Below are positions 59,030 to 64,000 of a stretch of DNA of 64,000 bases, piece after piece (the stretch's first letter is position 1; each line of letters begins with the position of its first letter). The notes under the pieces are model-generated. The model was not told the origin of the DNA, ran no database searches, and saw nothing but the letters and a program-made list of their open reading frames with translations. The translations under genes and the position numbers were made by a program. Origin of the DNA: Yuukianura sp. NJ FZ-2021 (lineage: Eukaryota); the NCBI GenBank assembly GCA_046563655.1, contig CM102283.1, forward strand, positions 496,001-560,000. The letters are read 5' to 3'.

Positions 59030-59349
59030 GACGGGAGTTCCCTAGCCTTCCTAAATCGGATTTTTCAAAAGCAGCTCCCACAATTAAATTAAAAATCAGA
59101 CATTCAATTCATTCTGCCCATTTAGATTCATTGTCTACTTATTCGATTATTTCTGCTTCTTTGGCTAAACAACTCGGTTTGGTTATTAAGCCAGGGCAAA
59201 TTCAATTAACGATCGGTGACTCCAGTACAATCAGTACTTCCGGAACTTGTGAGCTACATTTCAAAATTTATACGGACGAATACATTCAAACAGTCCATGT
59301 GCTCCAGTCTCCGCCGTTCCCTATTATTCTCGGACTTGACTTTATTCGG
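59008..59349 (+). CDS. Retropepsin-like aspartic protease (start of pol), truncated by insertion
   Basis: PTIKLKI...AHLDSLSTYSIISASLAKQLGL...IGDSS...G...ILGLDFI in the -1 frame relative to the macrodomain; the active site is DSL rather than DS/TG. Confidence 0.75.
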
Positions 59350-59564
59350 TGTGGTGTATTTGGCAATTTAAATAAACGATTATTTAATTAACTCAAAAAA
59401 CTTAATACTAAATTAAGTGTGTGCTGAGCGGCACTCAAACATTGAGTGCCAAAACTATGTGATTTTGAGAGAGTGGTGGTGACTTAAAAGTAACCGCCAC
59501 TCTGGACACAAAACTTAACTTACGGGGAAGTTGAGACTGCGCTGAAAAGCGCAAATACATTACA
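59350..59564 (-). repeat. 3' LTR (215 bp) of element 4
   Basis: Minus-strand PPT GAGGGGAAGGAA then TGTAATGTATTTG...CAAATACACCACA (imperfect terminal inverted repeat). Confidence 0.85.
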
Positions 59565-59844
59565 TTCCTTCCCCTCTAAGAAAGATCGCTTTCCAAAACG
59601 TTTTGGAGAAGGAAAGAGAAGGAAAGGGACCCCAGCATCTTGGTACTTGGTGGGAGCCACTGCTTTTGAGATGGAGGTGGACGAGGCCTCCAGCAGCACC
59701 AAGGTTTTGCAAAAACCATCCGCTGAGGGGGTAAGGTAGGTTAAGGTACCGGAAGGAGAGTGACCTTTCTCTGAGAGGAGGTTACAATCAGAGAACTGGG
59801 ACCTTAACTTATACTTACAGTTATGTACACTAAACCGTTACAGT

Positions 59845-62800
59845 TCAGTTTTTCTTGCCTTTAGCGGCACGCGGAAGAACTGGACGACGTTGAGTCGGCG
59901 CAGGGACTGGAGTTGCTTCCGGGGAGGTTATCGGACTTTGGTTAGGGGACGGCGTAGTGTAGTCGTCCTCGTCCGGGGATTCGTATTCCGATGACGGTTC
60001 GGAATCAGCATTTGAGTACTCCGTAGGTAGGTGCGGAGTTAGAATCGGAGCAAACGAGTGAGGAGACGGGACTTTGGCTGGCGTTTTCGGAGTCAGACTA
60101 GACTTTGGAGTGGACTTAGAAGTTGGTGACGTCACTGGCTTTGCAGTTTCGGAGTTTAACGCCACTTCCTCCTCCTCCAAGTTTTGAAACGAAAACGGAG
60201 AGGTCCGTGCGTCGAGTAATTGGTCCTGGTGACGACGGTACCTACTAGTCTCAAACTGGACAACAACAGTTACGGGACCTTTGAATTCGACAATTTCACC
60301 TAATGACCATTTTGGATAATCTTTTTTGAATGATTTAAACCAAACCCGTTGACCAATGTGAAATTCCCTGTGTCTCGCTCCTTTGTCGAAATTTGACTTC
60401 TGCCGTTCCTGCTGAGACGAGACAGTCTGTTTGACGTCAGGACGGAGAAGATCGAACAGTGAACGTAGACGACGACCTTGGAGTAACTCGCATGGTGCGA
60501 CTCCAGTGGTGATATGAGGAGTAATCCTGTATTGGAACAAGAAATTTTGCACAAAATAATCCAAATCACCCTTACTTTCAATTGACTTTTTGAAGGTGTT
60601 GACGAAGTTCTCCGCTTCGCCATTGGACCGAGGATGGTAAACGGAACTTGTCGTGTGTTTCACGCCGTTCGACTTCAGGAATTGTACAAATTCGGTTGAA
60701 GTGAACTGGCGTCCGTTGTCTGTGACCACCTGTCTAGGAATACCGAAACGGACAAAACACTCACGGAATTTGGTAATTAGAGCCTGAGATGTGGAATTAG
60801 AGTTCAAACAAAATACCTCTGGCCACTTACTATGTGCGTCTACGATTAGTAGCCACATTTTACCTTTGAATGGACCGGCCAGATCTGCGTGGAGACGGTG
60901 CCACGGCTTTTGGGGAAACTCCCAAGGATGAAGTTCCGCTGGTGGTGGATCCTTTGCTGACTCACGGCAGTGTGTACAACGTTTTGTGACTTGTTCAATG
61001 TCAGAATCCAGTTTCGGCCACCAGAAAAATTCTCGGGCAAGAGATTTCATCTTCACGATTCCAGTATGAGCAGAATGAAGTTCCTGGAGAAGATTCTCTC
61101 GTAGTTTTTCTGGGATGAGTACCCGAATACCCCATAGGACAACGTTACTGGCAATTGTCAATTCTTCCTTCCGTAGGAAGTATGGGTACAGTAGGTCGGT
61201 CTTGTCCACTTTCTCTGGCCAGCCGTCACGAATGTACCTAAAAACCTGCGATAAAATTTTATCCTTTTTAGCGTACCTCTGGATCTCTGTGGAAGTGATG
61301 GTGACGGATTCGGTGGCAACTTTCACTGCGTTGACGAGACCTTCGTCGTCGTCGTCAAAAGTCACGTCATGGCCAGAAGTTGGGAAGCGTGAAAGGGCGT
61401 CTGCATTCCCATGTTCCGTCGTCTTCCTGTAGTGGACATCGTAGGAGAATTGTTGAAGGAACAGACTCCAGCGATGAACACGAATCGCAGCGAAGGACGG
61501 AAGCGCCTTGTTTTTGCCAAAAATGTGGACGAGAGGCTTGTGGTCGGTTACTAGGGTGAAATGTCTACCTAGAAGATACTTGTAAAACTTTTTGCATCCA
61601 AATACAATTGACAAAGCCTCTTTTTCGATTTGAGAATATTTTTGCTCAGTTTTGGTAAGAATTTTAGACGCGTACGCAATTGGTTTTTCCTTACCATCTG
61701 CCATTCTGTGGAATAGGACAACCCCTAGACCAATACCTGAAGCGTCGCAGGAGATCCCAAGGGGCAAATCCTGGTTGTACAAGGTGAGGACTTCAGTAGA
61801 TGACAGTTTCCGTTTGATTTGGTTGAAAATCTTTGTGTGTTGACTTGTCCACTTCCAGTCTACGTCATCGTGTGTCAATTTGTAAAGTGGAGCTGAAAAT
61901 TCTGCGAAATTGTCAACAAAACCACGGTAAAAGTTTACCAGACCCAGAAATGAACTCATTTCCTTTTTGTTGGTCGGCTGGGGCATCTCGAGAATCGACT
62001 CCACGAGTTTTGGAGAAGCGCTAATTCCCTCCGAGGTCAACCTAAATCCAACAAAATCAACATTTTCCCGCATGAACTCACATTTTTCCCTCTTCAGAAA
62101 AAAGTTGCGGTCCCTCATCCGCGACAGAATGAGGCGTAGGGTGTTGAGGTGGGTTGTCTCATCATGCCCCGTGCAGATGACGTCATCCATGTAAGCACCA
62201 GCTTTTGGAATTCCAGTCAAGAGTCCATCCATGAACTCTTGGAAAATCGATGGTGACGATGAAATGCCCTGAGGAAGTACGTTGTACTGGTATAACCCCT
62301 TGTGAGTGTTGACTACCAAGTACTTTCTGCAACTTTCGTCTACTGGGATTTGGTGGAAGGCGTCAGGGCCATCTAATTTTGTGAATTTCTGTCCACCAGA
62401 AAGCAAGTTAAACAAATCCTCAGTACGAGCAATGGGATACTGGTTAATGTTCAGTTGGCAATTAACAGTGTTTTTGAAGTCCCCTGTAATTCTGACTTTA
62501 CCGTTGGGCTTTAAAACGCAAACGAGAGGTGATGCCCAGTCAGAATGCTCGACTATTGTCAGTACTCCTTGACTCACCATTAGATCCAATTGTTCGTCGA
62601 CCTTTGACCTGAGTGCGAACGGAATTGGACGAGCCTTGAGGAATCTGGGTTGTGCGTCTTCCTTCAGGACAATTTTTGCACGAAAATCCGTGACTGACCC
62701 AGTTGGATTTTCAAAAACCTGAGAAAATTCAGTTAGCACACTTTCCAGGGTTAAATTTTTCATCATGTTACAATGAGACAAATTTTTTCCAATTTCAACC

Positions 62801-63990
62801 CAATTTAGTTTTACCTTTCCCATTAAGTCACGACCAAGTAGGGAAGAACCAGTTGTCACTGGAAATTGGTGTGACACTTTTTGACCATGGTACGTGACTG
62901 TCGTTGGTAACTCACCCTTTGGTCGAAACGTCACGTCAGGATATCCTTTGAAGACGAGGCTGGACTTTTTCAAAGTCGGAGATCCGAGACTGGCCCAAAA
63001 ATCCTCCGAGAGCAGACTGTGCTCACAACCTGTGTCTAATTCAAAGGAATGTGGAACACCATTGACAATTAGACTTACGCACAGTTCCTTACGTTTCCCA
63101 TAATGAACATGGTTGACAGACGAGATGTTTGAAACTTTCCCGTGTCCAGAATTGTCACGTTGGGCAGGGACTGACTTGCCCTTTGACCTGCAGTATTTTG
63201 CGTAGTGGCCCTTTTTCCCACACGAGTGACATTCTACGTCCTTCTTGTCACAGTCCTTGGCAGTCGAGTGACGATTGGATCCACAGTTCGGACAATTCTT
63301 CTTCTGATTTTGACTTTCCTGTGGAACATGATTAGGTTTCGGTTTAAACTTTTTACCGTTTCCTTTCCCTTTACGTTGAAATACTGCGTTGACTGTTTCC
63401 TCTTTTTGCTCTGTTTTCCCGTCTCGGATCAGCTGTTGTGATTTAATCGCAAGTTCGTGCGATTGAGCGAGAGAGAGTACGTCAGCCAGGGAAATATCAT
63501 CTTCCTTCGTGAACAGTTGTTTTTGTGCAGCAGCATTTCCTAAACCTAGAATGAACTGGTCACGGAGGCGAGTATCGAGACAACAAGTGAATTTGCATGT
63601 AGTTGCCAATTTTCGCAATTCGGCCAAAAATTCAGCAACCGACTCACCATGTTGCTGTACCCTTTTTCCAAACTTAAAACGTTCGGAAATTACCTTAGGA
63701 GACGGTTTGAAGTGCTTAGAGAGTGTATCGATTAGCACTTGCAGTGTTTTGGATGTAGGATCCTCCGGCGAAAGGAGATCCTTTAGGAGCGTGTACGTAC
63801 GCATCCCTAGAGACGAGCAGAAGACGGCCTTACATCTCGTGTCCTGTTCCTTTTCGTCGATACCGTTAGACAGGAGGAAAAATTTGAATAAGTCCGTCCA
63901 GTCGTCAAAGTCATCTTTGTCATGATCAAAGGACGGAACGGAGCCGATGACGTTAACGAACTGAGTCGTTTTAGAAGAGCCAGAAGCCAT
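59845..63990 (-). mobile_element. Ty3/gypsy (Mag-like, K02A2.6-type) LTR retrotransposon, intact single gag-pol ORF (1381 aa)
   Basis: Gag with two CCHC knuckles, protease LDTG, RT LPQG/YMDD, RNase H CDAS..EKE..TDH, integrase HHCC plus D-D-E (HADL, TDNG, NGEAE). The 5' LTR lies beyond the window. Confidence 0.96.
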
Positions 63991-64000
63991 GTTTAGCTGT

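Larger units (their letters stand above)
55865..59349 (+). mobile_element. LTR retrotransposon 3 (5' part): LTR-like region, gag, macrodomain, protease; interrupted at 59350 by element 4
   Basis: TGTAAC start at 55865 and a CCAAT-box array; gag with CFRCERYGHYATTC; macrodomain ORF; retropepsin AHLDSLSTYSII...ILGLDF. Confidence 0.8.

Overview
Eukaryotic, intron-containing, AT-rich animal DNA, most likely an arthropod. The divergent 2-exon chemoreceptor, compact introns and lozenge-type Runx suggest a basal hexapod such as a springtail; this is inference only. The left ~28.6 kb is gene-dense. It holds a CYTH protein, a secreted Lys/GW-rich protein, a C-type lectin, a lozenge-like Runx, a 7TM chemoreceptor, XPG (with intronless NAA38/LSMD1 and APC10 nested on the same strand in intron 1), UBL5, DDX5/Rm62 and a 5'-nucleotidase. 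DDX5 has two mutually exclusive 111-nt exons, two GC-AG introns and a candidate poison exon in the conserved autoregulatory intron. The right ~35 kb is mostly transposon remnants: Merlin-like, hAT and pogo MITEs, a BEL/Pao remnant, two decayed gypsy-like elements with a Cys-rich env-like region, a ~195-bp tandem array and an intact-ORF Mag-like gypsy element. The most striking feature is an LTR retrotransposon (55.9-59.35 kb) with a bacterial SCO6735-type macrodomain in its own reading frame between gag and protease, flanked by two apparent -1 ribosomal frameshift signals.
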